From NCBI GenBank assembly GCA_038231135.1, contig JBBRLX010000017.1, forward strand, positions 17,151 through 81,150: a stretch of 64,000 nt of DNA, written 5' to 3'. The notes below the pieces were generated by a model. That model searched no databases, was not told the DNA's origin, and saw only the letters and a list, made by a program, of their open reading frames with translations. The translations under genes were made by a program, and so were the position numbers. Of the stretch, positions 35,966 through 46,768 are shown one piece after another. The stretch comes from Candidatus Eiseniibacteriota bacterium. Its GTDB lineage: Bacteria; Eisenbacteria; RBG-16-71-46. The number at the start of each line of letters is the position of its first letter. The stretch's first letter is position 1.

Positions 35966-38473
35966 TCAGGGCTCGGCAGGCCCGGTCAATACGGTGCCGC
36001 GATCCGAGTCTAGCAGAACCCGGTGCACGCGCAGCCGACCATGTCGTACGACGGCTTCGAGCGCACCCGGGTCCGTGCGCGCGAACCGGGCGATGCCGTG
36101 CGCGTCGGATTCCGTGACGAGCGCACCGCCCAGCCGCACCGCCGCGCCGGGTACGGGGAGCCCGCCTAAATCCCGCACGAATACGGAGTCGGGGCTGAAG
36201 CCGGCGGCCGCCGGAGACCACTCCATCGCGAGCCCCAGATAGAGCGCCCACGCCTCGCGGCGTAACGCGCCGGGCGCAAGCAGCGCGGCCTCGCCCGTGC
36301 CCGTGTCCAGGCGTCCCAGCGAGGCGTAGAGCCCGGGACACGAGGTCTGTTGCAGCGGGTACTGGGCATCCTCGGCGCGCGGCGGCGGCGGCGTGCCCAT
36401 CAGCTCGCAGCCGCGGGCGAGGTGCGCCGCGCCCGCCGCGCCGGCGGCGCTGCCGACGTAATAGCCGATGCGCGCCGGCTCGGCACGGTGCCCGATGCGC
36501 AGGAACCGGTCGGCGTGGAATGCCTCCGAGATCTGCACCCGCTCGAGCTCGGACAGCGCGACGTCGCCGTCACGCGTGAGCCGCACCTGGGCGCCCGCGG
36601 CGCTCAGCAGTCCGCCCAGCGCGCGCGCCACCTCGAGGTTGAGGTTTGCCGCGCGCGTGCCGCCGGGTCCGGCGCCGCCGGTCTGATCGCCGCCGCCGTC
36701 GGGATCGATCACGATGCGCCGGCCGTGGAGCGCGCCGCCCGCGATCGCCACGAACTTAGGCGCCGCGTCGCGCGCGGAGCCCGGCGGCGGCGCGACCGCG
36801 CGATAACCCGGCAGCTGCGGCGCGTCGGGCGCGCCGTCGGGCGTGGCGCGGTCCAGCGCCGCGAAGCCGTCGCGATTGATCCAGGCCAGCGTGGGCGCGG
36901 GCTCCCGCGTGCCGGGCGCGTTCGCGAGCGCCGAGTCGCCGGGCATGCGGCGCACGAACCCGGTCCACTCGGAGGCGCCGGACGGTATGCGCGCGCTCGC
37001 GGTGATCGCGTTCGAAGTCGCCGCACCCGCCGCCGTGTCGAGCCGCGCGGTCACGTCGATCGAAGTCCGCGCGGGAATCGAGGCATACACCCACGCCACG
37101 CCGTCGCGCGCCCAGGCCAGCGTGTCGAGCAGGGCGACGTTTCGGCCGGCGCGCGCACGGCCACCGTGCGTGCGTGTCGCGCGCGATGCGACACGCGACC
37201 CGGCGGTGGAGCGGCCGGTGTGCGAGGTCCTGGCACCCACGTCGTGGGCTGCCGCGGCGCTCGCGCCCCGCGGCCCCGAACGCGTGCGCGCGGACGCCGC
37301 CGCCCGCCCGTGCGCGCTCCCGGACGCCCTGGTCTCCACCGCCGTCACGATCACGCGCACGCCCAGCGATTCGGGCACCGCGGCACCGACCGTGTCCTCG
37401 ATTGCGATGCGGAGCGCGAGCAGCCCGCCTGCGAGCGGCGCCTGCGGCGGCAGGCTCGACAGCACGAGTGCCGCCGGCGGCCGTCGCACGTCGAATGTCA
37501 CGGCGGCCTCCCGCGCGGCGCCCACGCCGGTGAGCCGCACGCGCAGCGCCGCGCGGTGGGCGCCCTGCGCCAGCGGCGTCGCCGGTGTCCACGCCAGCCG
37601 GTCGCGCGTACGGAGCACCGGCACGACGACGTCGTCCACCCGAAGTTCGGCGGTGTCGAACTCGCCCGCGATCCGCGCGTCCACCTCGGGCGCGGACGCG
37701 TTCGCGCCCGACGAATCCGAAGTCGCCGTCAGCTCGGCGATCACCGGCACCGGCCGCGCGAAGTAGCGCGCGAGGCCCATGTACAGCGCCGCCGCCTCGA
37801 TCGCGCGCTTCTCGGGCAGCCGCAGCTTCGCCTCGACGTCGGGGTTCGTGAGGTAGCTCGATTCGGTGAGGATCGCGGGCGCTACGCTGTTGCGCAGCAC
37901 GTAGTAGTTGCCGGGCGCCACCTTGTTCACCGCGATGCCGAGGTTGCGCACCAGCGAGCGATGGACGTCCTGCGCCACGTCGAGCGACGGGCCGTCGTCG
38001 CCGAGTTTGTAGTACGTCTGGGTCTCGTTCACGTCGTGGCGGCCGCTGGCGTCGGCGTTGTGGTGCACCGACACGAACAGGTCGGGGTGGAACTCCGCGG
38101 CAATGCGCACGCGTTCGGCGAGGTCGGCGCGCAGCGCGCTGTCGGCCGGCGTCAGGTAGTCGCGGTCGGTATCGTGGGTGAGCAGCACCTCGGCGCCCGC
38201 GGCCGTGAGCCGTTGGGCCAGCCGCTGCGACACGTCGAGGTTCACCTCAGCCTCGGTGAGGCCGTGCGTGCCGAGTGCGCCGCGGAACACCCCGCCGTGG
38301 CCGGGATCGATCGCGATGCGCCGCCCGCGCAGTCCCGAGGCGTCGACCGAATCGGGCGAATCGACGAGCCGGTCGTAGCCGGCGGCGGGGCGGGAGGGTG
38401 CGAGCGGCTGCGGTGGCCGGCGTCCGGCGCAGGACGCGGCGAACATCGCGAGCGCGAGTGCGGCGGCGGCCAT
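35966..38473 (-). CDS. N-acetylmuramoyl-L-alanine amidase (Amidase_3), putative lipoprotein, with a second degenerate amidase domain
   Basis: Lipobox-like AASC; domain 1 IDPGHGG/TEAEVN/SVHHNA/LTESSY; domain 2 IDPDGGG. The true start may lie slightly upstream. Confidence 0.85.
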   Translation of the reverse strand: MAAAALALAMFAASCAGRRPPQPLAPSRPAAGYDRLVDSPDSVDASGLRGRRIAIDPGHGGVFRGALGTHGLTEAEVNLDVSQRLAQRLTAAGAEVLLTHDTDRDYLTPADSALRADLAERVRIAAEFHPDLFVSVHHNADASGRHDVNETQTYYKLGDDGPSLDVAQDVHRSLVRNLGIAVNKVAPGNYYVLRNSVAPAILTESSYLTNPDVEAKLRLPEKRAIEAAALYMGLARYFARPVPVIAELTATSDSSGANASAPEVDARIAGEFDTAELRVDDVVVPVLRTRDRLAWTPATPLAQGAHRAALRVRLTGVGAAREAAVTFDVRRPPAALVLSSLPPQAPLAGGLLALRIAIEDTVGAAVPESLGVRVIVTAVETRASGSAHGRAAASARTRSGPRGASAAAAHDVGARTSHTGRSTAGSRVASRATRTHGGRARAGRNVALLDTLAWARDGVAWVYASIPARTSIDVTARLDTAAGAATSNAITASARIPSGASEWTGFVRRMPGDSALANAPGTREPAPTLAWINRDGFAALDRATPDGAPDAPQLPGYRAVAPPPGSARDAAPKFVAIAGGALHGRRIVIDPDGGGDQTGGAGPGGTRAANLNLEVARALGGLLSAAGAQVRLTRDGDVALSELERVQISEAFHADRFLRIGHRAEPARIGYYVGSAAGAAGAAHLARGCELMGTPPPPRAEDAQYPLQQTSCPGLYASLGRLDTGTGEAALLAPGALRREAWALYLGLAMEWSPAAAGFSPDSVFVRDLGGLPVPGAAVRLGGALVTESDAHGIARFARTDPGALEAVVRHGRLRVHRVLLDSDRGTVLTGPAEP

Positions 38474-38805
38474 GAGAACGTGCCGTATGCGGGCCACGCC
38501 GCGGCTCCGCAGGGCGCTGCGATTCCCCGCCGCCGGCGGGCGACACTCCAGGCGCGTGGACTGTGCGGGTACCGGGAGCCCACGAACGTGCATGGTGCGG
38601 CACACTAGCATCGGCGTCCGAGGCGCGGCAACGCATGTCGCTGGAATCAATTGGCTTGCGTCCGCGCGCGCGAGCGTGCTACGTCTACGCGGCTCGGACC
38701 CCCTTTACTCATGCTCCGGCAACGGCCGCCCGGCGCTGCGGGTCATCGATCCGGCAGGCGAGGCGGGTGGCAGCCGTTCATGCAGCGTTCATTCAGGAGG
38801 CGGAC

Positions 38806-40038
38806 ATGAAGTCACGCGCTCTCAGACATACCGGAATCGTCGCGGTGGCGGCCGCGGGATTGCTCGCCACGGCGCTCGGCCTCGTCGCCTCCGGTTGCGC
38901 CAAATCCGGCGGCCCGAGTGAGATCGTCATCGGCGTCTACGGCTCGCTCACCGGCAACGATGCCGACTTCGGCCAGTCCACCCGCAAGGGCGTCGAGCTC
39001 GCGATGGACGAGCTCACGCGCAACAGCCAGGGCGCGATCGGCGGGCTCAAGGTCCGTTCGGTCGTCGAGGACGACCAGGGCAAGCCCGAGGAGGCGGTCA
39101 CGGTGGTGCAGAAGCTCGTGACCCAGGACAACGTGTGCGCGGTGATCGGCGAGGTGGCATCGAGCCGCAGCATCGCGGCCGCGCCCAAATGCCAGGACGC
39201 GGGCGTGCCGATGATTTCGCCGTCGTCCACGAACCCCAAGGTCACGCAGGTCGGCGATTACATCTTCCGCATGTGCTTCATCGACCCGTTCCAGGGCACG
39301 GTGATGGCCAAGTTCGCGGCGCAGAACCTCAAGCTCACCCACGTCGCGATCCTGAAGGACGTGAAGAACGAATACTCGGTCGGGCTGGCGCAGTTCTTCA
39401 GCCAGGCGTTCATCAAGCTCGGCGGCAAGATCGACGTCGAGTCGGCGTACAGCGCCGGCGACCAGGACTTCCGCTCGCAGCTCACCTCGATCAAGGCGCG
39501 GAATCCACAGGCGATCTTCCTCCCCGGCTACTACACCGAGGTCGGGCTGATCGCGCGCCAGTCGCGCGAGTTGGGACTGACGGTGCCGATCCTGGGCGGT
39601 GACGGCTGGGAGAGCGACCAGTTGATCGGTATCGGCGGCGACGCGCTCAACGGCAGCTACTACTCGAACCATTTCGCGGCCGACAATCCCGACCCGAATC
39701 TCCAGGGGTTCCTGCAGCGCTACAAGGCCAAGTTCGGCATGGAACCCAACTCGATCGGCGGCCTCGCCTACGACGCAGCGAACGTGCTGTTCGGCTGCAT
39801 GAAGCAGCTCCACGACACGGACGCGGCGACGTTCGCGGCGCTGGGCTCGGCCAAGGCCGGCACGCCCGAGCGGCGCGCGGCCGACAAGAAGCTGCGCGAC
39901 CTCATCGCCGCCACGAAGAACTACCCCGGCGTCACCGGCACGATCACGCTCGACAAGGATCGCAACGCCTCGAAGCCGGCCGTGGTGCTCGAGATCAAGA
40001 ACGGAAAGAAGGTCTACAACACGACGATCGCGCCGTGA
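38806..40038 (+). CDS. livK: Branched-chain amino acid ABC transporter substrate-binding lipoprotein
   Basis: Lipobox ASGC; GVYGSLTG, EDDQGKP, IFRMCFIDPFQG, GGDGW; AGGAGG RBS. Confidence 0.93.
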   Translation: MKSRALRHTGIVAVAAAGLLATALGLVASGCAKSGGPSEIVIGVYGSLTGNDADFGQSTRKGVELAMDELTRNSQGAIGGLKVRSVVEDDQGKPEEAVTVVQKLVTQDNVCAVIGEVASSRSIAAAPKCQDAGVPMISPSSTNPKVTQVGDYIFRMCFIDPFQGTVMAKFAAQNLKLTHVAILKDVKNEYSVGLAQFFSQAFIKLGGKIDVESAYSAGDQDFRSQLTSIKARNPQAIFLPGYYTEVGLIARQSRELGLTVPILGGDGWESDQLIGIGGDALNGSYYSNHFAADNPDPNLQGFLQRYKAKFGMEPNSIGGLAYDAANVLFGCMKQLHDTDAATFAALGSAKAGTPERRAADKKLRDLIAATKNYPGVTGTITLDKDRNASKPAVVLEIKNGKKVYNTTIAP

Positions 40039-40063
40039 CGCGGTCGTCGCTGCCGGGAGCCGC

Positions 40064-40966
40064 ATGAGCGAATTCCTCCAGCAGCTCATCAACGGCATCA
40101 CCCAGGGCAGCGTGTACGCGCTGATCGCGCTCGGCTACACCATGGTGTACGGCATCCTGCGGCTGATCAATTTCGCGCACGGTGACGTGTACATGCTGGG
40201 CGCGTTCTTCGCCTACTACTCGGCGCGGATGTTCGGGGCCGCGCAGAACCCGAACCCGGCGAAGGCGCTGATCGTGCTGCTGTCCGCGATGGCGGGCTGC
40301 GGCATCGTGGGCTGGGTGATCGAGCGCGCCGCGTACCGCCCGGTGCGCCGCTCGTCGCGGCTCGCGGCGCTCATTACCGCGATCGGCGTGTCGCTGCTGC
40401 TCGAGAACGGCGGCCAGATCCTGTTCGGCGCCGATCCCAAGTTCTTCCCGCAGATCATCCCGTTGCGCAACATCCCGCTCGGCCACGGCGTCACGGTGTC
40501 GAACCAGCAGCTCATCATCCTCACCGTGTCGCTCGGGTTGATGGCGATCCTCAGGTTCATCGTGATGAACACCCGCACGGGCAGAGCGATGCGCGCGGTG
40601 TCGTACTCCCACACCGCCGCCGCGCTCATGGGCATCGACGTGGACCGCATCATCAGCTTCACGTTCGTGCTGGGCTCGATGCTGGCGGCAGCGGCCGGCG
40701 TGCTGGTGGCGCTGCAGGACCCCAAGATCGAGCCGTACATGGGCGTGCTGCCCGGCATCAAGGCGTTCGTCGCCGCGGTGCTCGGCGGCATCGGCAACAT
40801 CCCGGGCGCCGTGCTCGGCGGGCTGGTGATGGGCATCGCCGAGGTGCTGGTGGTGGGCTACGTGTCGCCCTCGCTGCGCGACGCGATCGCGTTCGTGCTG
40901 CTGATCGTGATCCTGCTCGTGCGCCCGGCCGGCCTGCTCGGCCGCAACGTCACCGAGAAGGTGTGA
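40064..40966 (+). CDS. livH: Branched-chain amino acid ABC transporter permease
   Basis: QQLINGITQGSVYALIALGYTMVYG...INFAHG; KAFVAAVLGGIG. Confidence 0.95.
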   Translation: MSEFLQQLINGITQGSVYALIALGYTMVYGILRLINFAHGDVYMLGAFFAYYSARMFGAAQNPNPAKALIVLLSAMAGCGIVGWVIERAAYRPVRRSSRLAALITAIGVSLLLENGGQILFGADPKFFPQIIPLRNIPLGHGVTVSNQQLIILTVSLGLMAILRFIVMNTRTGRAMRAVSYSHTAAALMGIDVDRIISFTFVLGSMLAAAAGVLVALQDPKIEPYMGVLPGIKAFVAAVLGGIGNIPGAVLGGLVMGIAEVLVVGYVSPSLRDAIAFVLLIVILLVRPAGLLGRNVTEKV

Positions 40967-41952
40967 TGCGGCGCACCGTGTGGGCGCTCGCGCTGCTGGC
41001 GGTGATCGGCGTCGTGTCCACGGTGCTGCCGCGGCTCGTCAATCCCTACATCATGCAGGTCGCGGTGCTGTGCGGCATCAACGTGATCCTCGCCGTGTCG
41101 CTCAACCTGATCAACGGCTTCACCGGGCAGTTCTCGATCGGCCACGCCGGTTTCATGGCCGTGGGGGCCTACGGCGCCGCGATGTTCACGCTGCAACTCG
41201 GGCAGCGCTGGGCCGGCGCGATGATGGCGGCGGGATTGCCCCCGGTAGTGGCACAGGGCGCGGCACTGTGCGTGGCGCTTGCGGTCGGCGGGCTGCTGGC
41301 GGCGCTCGCCGGCTACCTGGTGGGGCTGCCCAGCCTGCGGCTGCGCGGCGACTACCTCGCGATCGTGACGCTCGGGTTCGGCGAGATCATTCGCGTGCTG
41401 ATCCTCAATATCGACGCGATCGGCGGCGCGCGCGGGCTGTTCGGCATTCCGGTGTGGGTGAACCTGTTCTGGGTCGCCGTGGGCGCGGTGGGCGTGGTGC
41501 TGCTGTCGCTGCACCTCGCGACCAGCACCCACGGCCGCGCGCTGTTCGCGATCCGCGACGACGAGGTCGCCGCCGAGGCGCTGGGCGTCGACACCACGCG
41601 CTACAAGGTGCTGGCGTTCGTGCTGGGGTCGTTCTTCGCCGGCATCGCGGGCGGGCTGTTCGCCCACTTCATCGGCTACCTCAACCCGTCGAGCTTCCAG
41701 TTCCTCAAGAGCATCGAGGTGATTGCGATGGTGGTGCTGGGTGGCATGGGCAGCGTGTCGGGCGCGGTGTTCGCCGCGATCCTGCTCACCGTGCTGCCCG
41801 AGGTGCTGCGGCCCGTGAAGGACTACCGCATGGTGCTCTACTCACTGATGCTGATCATTTTGATGATCACGCGCCCCCAGGGCCTGATGGGCAGTCGCGA
41901 GATCTCGTGGGGCTGGCTGCGCGGCCGGCGCCGCGCGCCGGGGGCGGCATGA
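40963..41952 (+). CDS. livM: Branched-chain amino acid ABC transporter permease
   Basis: GQFSIGHAGF, LRLRGDYLAIVTLGFGEI, MVVLGGMGS. Confidence 0.95.
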   Translation: MMRRTVWALALLAVIGVVSTVLPRLVNPYIMQVAVLCGINVILAVSLNLINGFTGQFSIGHAGFMAVGAYGAAMFTLQLGQRWAGAMMAAGLPPVVAQGAALCVALAVGGLLAALAGYLVGLPSLRLRGDYLAIVTLGFGEIIRVLILNIDAIGGARGLFGIPVWVNLFWVAVGAVGVVLLSLHLATSTHGRALFAIRDDEVAAEALGVDTTRYKVLAFVLGSFFAGIAGGLFAHFIGYLNPSSFQFLKSIEVIAMVVLGGMGSVSGAVFAAILLTVLPEVLRPVKDYRMVLYSLMLIILMITRPQGLMGSREISWGWLRGRRRAPGAA

Positions 41953-42793
41953 GCGCAACCGTTGAAACGAGCGCTGGCGACCACGACTCGACTGCCGGGC
42001 GCGCATCCGCGGGGGCGCCGATCCTCAAGCTCGACCGCGTGACCATCCAGTTCGGCGGCTTGAAGGCGGTGTCGAGCCTCGACCTCGAAGTGCCGGCGGG
42101 CGGCCTGTTCGGCCTGATCGGCCCCAACGGCGCCGGCAAGACCACGGTGTTCAATCTGATCACCGGCGTCTACGCGCCGACCTCGGGCTCGATCACATTC
42201 GAAGGCCGGCCGATCCACGGGCTGCGCCCGAGCGTGATCGCGAACCGCGGGATCACCCGCACGTTCCAGAACATCCGGCTGTTCACTTCGCGCTGCTGCC
42301 GCGACAACGTGTGCATCGGCGAGCACATGCACGCGCGGGCCAGCCTGTGGGACGCGGTGTTTCAAACCCGCCGGTACGAGGAGGACGAGCGTGCCATGCA
42401 GCAGCGCGCGCAGGAGCTGCTCGAACTGCTGGGACTCGGCGCCTGGGGCGACACGCTGGCCGCCGAGTTGCCGTACGGCCAGCAGCGGCGGCTCGAGATC
42501 GCGCGCGCGCTCGCCGGCAACCCGCGGCTGTTGCTGCTCGACGAGCCCGCCGCCGGGCTCAATCCGCAGGAGAGCGACGAGCTGATGCGGCTGATCGAGA
42601 GTCTCTGCCGGCGGCTCGGCATCGCCATTTTGTTGATCGAACACGACATGCGTGTCGTGATGGGCATCTGCCGGCGCATCGCGGTGCTCGATTACGGCGA
42701 GAAGATCGCCGAGGGCGACCCCGCGGAGATTCGCCGCGATCCCAAGGTGATCGAGGCCTACCTGGGCGAGGAAGTGCCGGCCGCGGAGGTCCC

Positions 42794-42797
<4 letters not shown>
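41949..42797 (+). CDS. livG: Branched-chain amino acid ABC transporter ATP-binding protein
   Basis: FGGLKAV, GPNGAGKTT, RTFQNIRLF, LPYGQQRRLEIARA, VIEAYLG. Confidence 0.95.
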
Positions 42798-43570
<773 letters not shown>

Positions 43571-43621
43571 GGCCTTGGCGGAAGCGTAACGCGCGGTTAT
43601 CGAAAAGTGTCCCCGGTTCGT

Positions 43622-43661
43622 GGCCCCGTAGCTCAGATGGATGGAGCAGCGCCTTCCTAAG
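43622..43661 (+). pseudogene. Truncated tRNA-Arg(CCT): 5' half only
   Basis: GGCCCCG-TA-GCTCAGATGGATGGAGC-A-GCGCC-TTCCTAA gives the acceptor 5' strand, D-arm and anticodon arm to the end of the loop. No T-arm or 3' acceptor strand follows. Confidence 0.8.
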
Positions 43662-46254
43662 CCGCCCGCCCCAGCCTCCGCGCCAGCGCCGTATCGATCA
43701 CCCGCTGCACGTCCTCGATCGTAAACGGCTTCGCGATCACGTCCTCGATCTCGGTCTGCAGCATCGCGTCGCGCGACACGTCCTCCGCCCAGCCGGTGAC
43801 GAACGCCAGCATGACGTCGGGGTCCAGCGCGCGCACGACGCCTGCCACCTGCCAGCCGGTGAGTCCCGGCATGCCGATGTCGGTGATCACCAGTTGGAAC
43901 TGGCCCGGGATGTAGGCGCTCAGTGCCTCGAGGCCGGTGGAGTACGTGGTCACGCGGTGGCCGAGCATGCGCAGGATGTCGCCGAGCAGGTCGCGCACCG
44001 CCTCCTCGTCGTCGATCACCAGCACTTCGAGTGGCTCTTCCGCGCGGCGGATCACGGTCGGCGCGGTGGGTACGGTGACCGGCCGCTGGCTCGTGAGCGG
44101 CAGCGACACCTCGATCCGCGAGCCGTGTCCGGGGCGGCTCGACACCTCGATGGTGCCGTCGTGGCGCTGCACGATGCCGTACGCCACCGACATGCCGAGC
44201 CCGGTGCCGCTCTCGCCCTTCGTGGTGAAGAACGGCTCGAACAGCCGGCGGCGGGTGTCCTCGCTCATGCCGACGCCGTCGTCCTCGATGACCGTGACCG
44301 CGGAGCCCGCGGAGCGGCGCGCGGTGATGCGGATCGTGCCGCCATCGGGCATCGCGTCCACGGCGTTCAGCAGCAGGTTCGTGAACACCTCGCGCAGCTC
44401 GTGCGGGCGGCCTTGGACCCACAGCCCCTCCGCCACGTCGACCTCCACCGTGATCGAGCGGCCCGCGGCCAGCGCCTCGTTGGACCAGCGCGGCTTCGTG
44501 AACTCGGCCGAGTCGCGAATCACGGCCTCGAGCTCCATGGGCTCGGCCGTTGCCTGTTCGCCCGCGCGGCCGAACAGCCGCAGCCGGCGCACGGTCTCGG
44601 CGCCGTCCTGCGCGACGCGCTCGATGATCTCGAGCGACTGGCACAGCGCCCGGGGCTCCGCCGTGCCCTGCTCGATCGCGCGCCGTAGCAACTGCGCGCG
44701 GCCGAGGATTGCGCCCAGGATGTTGTTGAATTCGTGCGCCACGCCGGACGCCATCTCGCCTGCGACCCGCAGCATGCCGGACTGGACGAGCACGTCGCGT
44801 GTGCGCTCCAGCTCGGCGATCGCGCGCTCCAGGCTGTGGTTGAGACGCGCGCCGCGCAGCGCCGACGACAGGTGGCTCGCGAGCCCGGCGACGATCTCCG
44901 CCTCGCGCCAGTCGAACGCCCCGGGGTTGCGCGACACCAGCACCAGCAGCGCCGGCGGCCCCAGCTCGAGCGTGAGCGGCACCAGCAGTGCGGCGCGGTG
45001 GCCGTCGGCGCGCAGCGCGCGCGCGAACTCGGTGTCCTCCGTGTCGAGCGCCACCCGCGTCGAGGCCTCGACCGTGTCCACGCGGAACACCAGTTCGTGG
45101 TCCAGCGGCTCGTCCTCGCGCAGCACGGACCAGCGGTTCGGCGGGTCGAGATAGGCGATCTCGAGCGCCGAGCCGTCCTCGCTCGGTACCGCGAGCGCCA
45201 CCCCGTCGCATTGCGCCACGCGCCGCACGTGGGTGGCGACGAGCTGGAACACCTCGCGCGGCTCGTGCGTGACACGCGCCTCGCGGGCGATCGCCAGCAC
45301 GGCGTCGGTGGCGGTGTTCATGCGTCCCGCTTCGCTGGATGCCAGCTGGCGCGCTTCGCCGAGCGCCTCCGCCATCGTGTTCATCGAGTGCGCGAGCGCC
45401 CCGAGCTCGTCGTCGCCCCGCACCGGCAGCCGGCGCGCGAGCTGGCCCTGGGCGATCTCTTGCGCCAGCTCGCTGGCCTCGCGCAGCGGCCGCACCGCGA
45501 AGCCCACCAGCGCCGAGATCGCGAAGAAGCCGAGGGTGAGCGCCCCGAGCAGCATGAGGAATCCCATCCGCGCCGCCAGCGCCACGGCTTCATCCATGCG
45601 CACCGTCGACACCACGAGCCGCACCTTGCCGAGCACCGTGCCCGGCCGCGGGAGCGGAGGCGCGTCCGTTCCCGGAGGGCCCGCCGCCGGCGCCACCGCG
45701 TGCGCGATGATCGGCGCCTCGACGGCGAACGTGCGGGGGCCTGAGGCCCTGCCGTCCCCGGGCGCCGCCGGCGTGGCGTCGCCCGAGTTCCAGCCTGCGA
45801 CCCGCTTGCCCGAGCCATCGAACACTGCGATGTCGACCAGGTCGCGATCCGCTCCGGCGTAACGGGCTTCATTCGCGGTTTCGCGCAGATTCCCGGCCAC
45901 GAGCGGGCCGGCGGTGCGTTCGGCGAGCTGCTCGGCCGACGCGTGCGCGCGCGAATGCAGTTCGTGCGTGAGCCAGTTGTGGGCGAGCGTGGTGAGCAGC
46001 GCCTCGAATCCCGCGGCCTGCACTGCGAGGCCCGCGAGCAGCAGCAGCGCCACGCGAATCCGAAAGCCGCCGAGTCGCCGGAGCAGGCCCGACCTCGGCA
46101 CCGCCGATCCGGACGGCCCCGGGGCGGCGGCGGGCGCCGCCGGCCGTGCCGCGCGTTGTGCGGCCGAATACGCCGGCCGTGGTTCACGTGGCGGGGAAGC
46201 TGCCGTCACCGGCTCGACGTGCGCGGGACTCACGTCGGAGTCGCCGCCCGTCAC
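43657..46254 (-). CDS. Hybrid sensor histidine kinase (TM-HAMP-GAF-HisKA-HATPase-REC)
   Basis: DELGALAHSMNTM HAMP; GVAHEFNN H-box; NAVDAM, DDGVGM, FFTTK, GTGLG; REC with IDDE, TDIGMP, KPF. The GTG start at 46254 is my estimate. Confidence 0.93.
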   Translation of the reverse strand: MTGGDSDVSPAHVEPVTAASPPREPRPAYSAAQRAARPAAPAAAPGPSGSAVPRSGLLRRLGGFRIRVALLLLAGLAVQAAGFEALLTTLAHNWLTHELHSRAHASAEQLAERTAGPLVAGNLRETANEARYAGADRDLVDIAVFDGSGKRVAGWNSGDATPAAPGDGRASGPRTFAVEAPIIAHAVAPAAGPPGTDAPPLPRPGTVLGKVRLVVSTVRMDEAVALAARMGFLMLLGALTLGFFAISALVGFAVRPLREASELAQEIAQGQLARRLPVRGDDELGALAHSMNTMAEALGEARQLASSEAGRMNTATDAVLAIAREARVTHEPREVFQLVATHVRRVAQCDGVALAVPSEDGSALEIAYLDPPNRWSVLREDEPLDHELVFRVDTVEASTRVALDTEDTEFARALRADGHRAALLVPLTLELGPPALLVLVSRNPGAFDWREAEIVAGLASHLSSALRGARLNHSLERAIAELERTRDVLVQSGMLRVAGEMASGVAHEFNNILGAILGRAQLLRRAIEQGTAEPRALCQSLEIIERVAQDGAETVRRLRLFGRAGEQATAEPMELEAVIRDSAEFTKPRWSNEALAAGRSITVEVDVAEGLWVQGRPHELREVFTNLLLNAVDAMPDGGTIRITARRSAGSAVTVIEDDGVGMSEDTRRRLFEPFFTTKGESGTGLGMSVAYGIVQRHDGTIEVSSRPGHGSRIEVSLPLTSQRPVTVPTAPTVIRRAEEPLEVLVIDDEEAVRDLLGDILRMLGHRVTTYSTGLEALSAYIPGQFQLVITDIGMPGLTGWQVAGVVRALDPDVMLAFVTGWAEDVSRDAMLQTEIEDVIAKPFTIEDVQRVIDTALARRLGRAA

Positions 46255-46528
46255 GAAGCGACCGCCGGAAAGACTGCCGCGGGGTGCGCTCCGGGCATCA
46301 TGAGTTCCTGCCGGCGGCGGCCGCCGGTGATACCCCGAAGGCATTGCATGTCCGGGTTTTCGGCGGCACGGACGCGTGACGTGAGCATGGGAATCCGGGC
46401 CATCCGACCCTGCGCGGGCCGCGGCACTGCGCCGCCAGGCTCCACGCCCCGGAAACCAGGCCTCCGAAATACGCGGGTCACCGCCCCGATGTCGTTGTCG
46501 TGCAACCAAGTGTGTGCACCGTCGCCGG

Positions 46529-46545
46529 CTGGCGCGCCGCTTGCG
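46529..46545 (+). promoter_or_regulatory. sigma54 (-24/-12) promoter candidate
   Basis: CTGGCGC-GCCGC-TTGCG with correct GG-N10-GC spacing, pointing at the A24-like gene. Confidence 0.5.
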
Positions 46546-46768
46546 ATAGCCATGACAAGACGTCCATCGCAACGTATCGGAACGGGGATCTCGCGTCGCT
46601 AGGAAACGGCGCCGCGGAATCCGCGCGGTTCGGGTGCCGCCCACATCGAATGATGGCGGGCGGAAAGGGCTCCCGGCCTCTACGAAACCGATGGATGTCA
46701 ACCACTAATCGCTTCGGGGTCCCGCGAGGGGCCTCGTTCCGTTTTTCGCCCAGCGACGGGAGACTCCT

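Noticed and set aside
46636..46695. c-di-GMP-I riboswitch-like words (GGGCGGAAAG, CCGGCC) upstream of the A24-like gene
   Set aside because: Lacks the GGCAAAC-type 5' strand and a GNRA tetraloop (the loop is GAAT); P1 is not evident.
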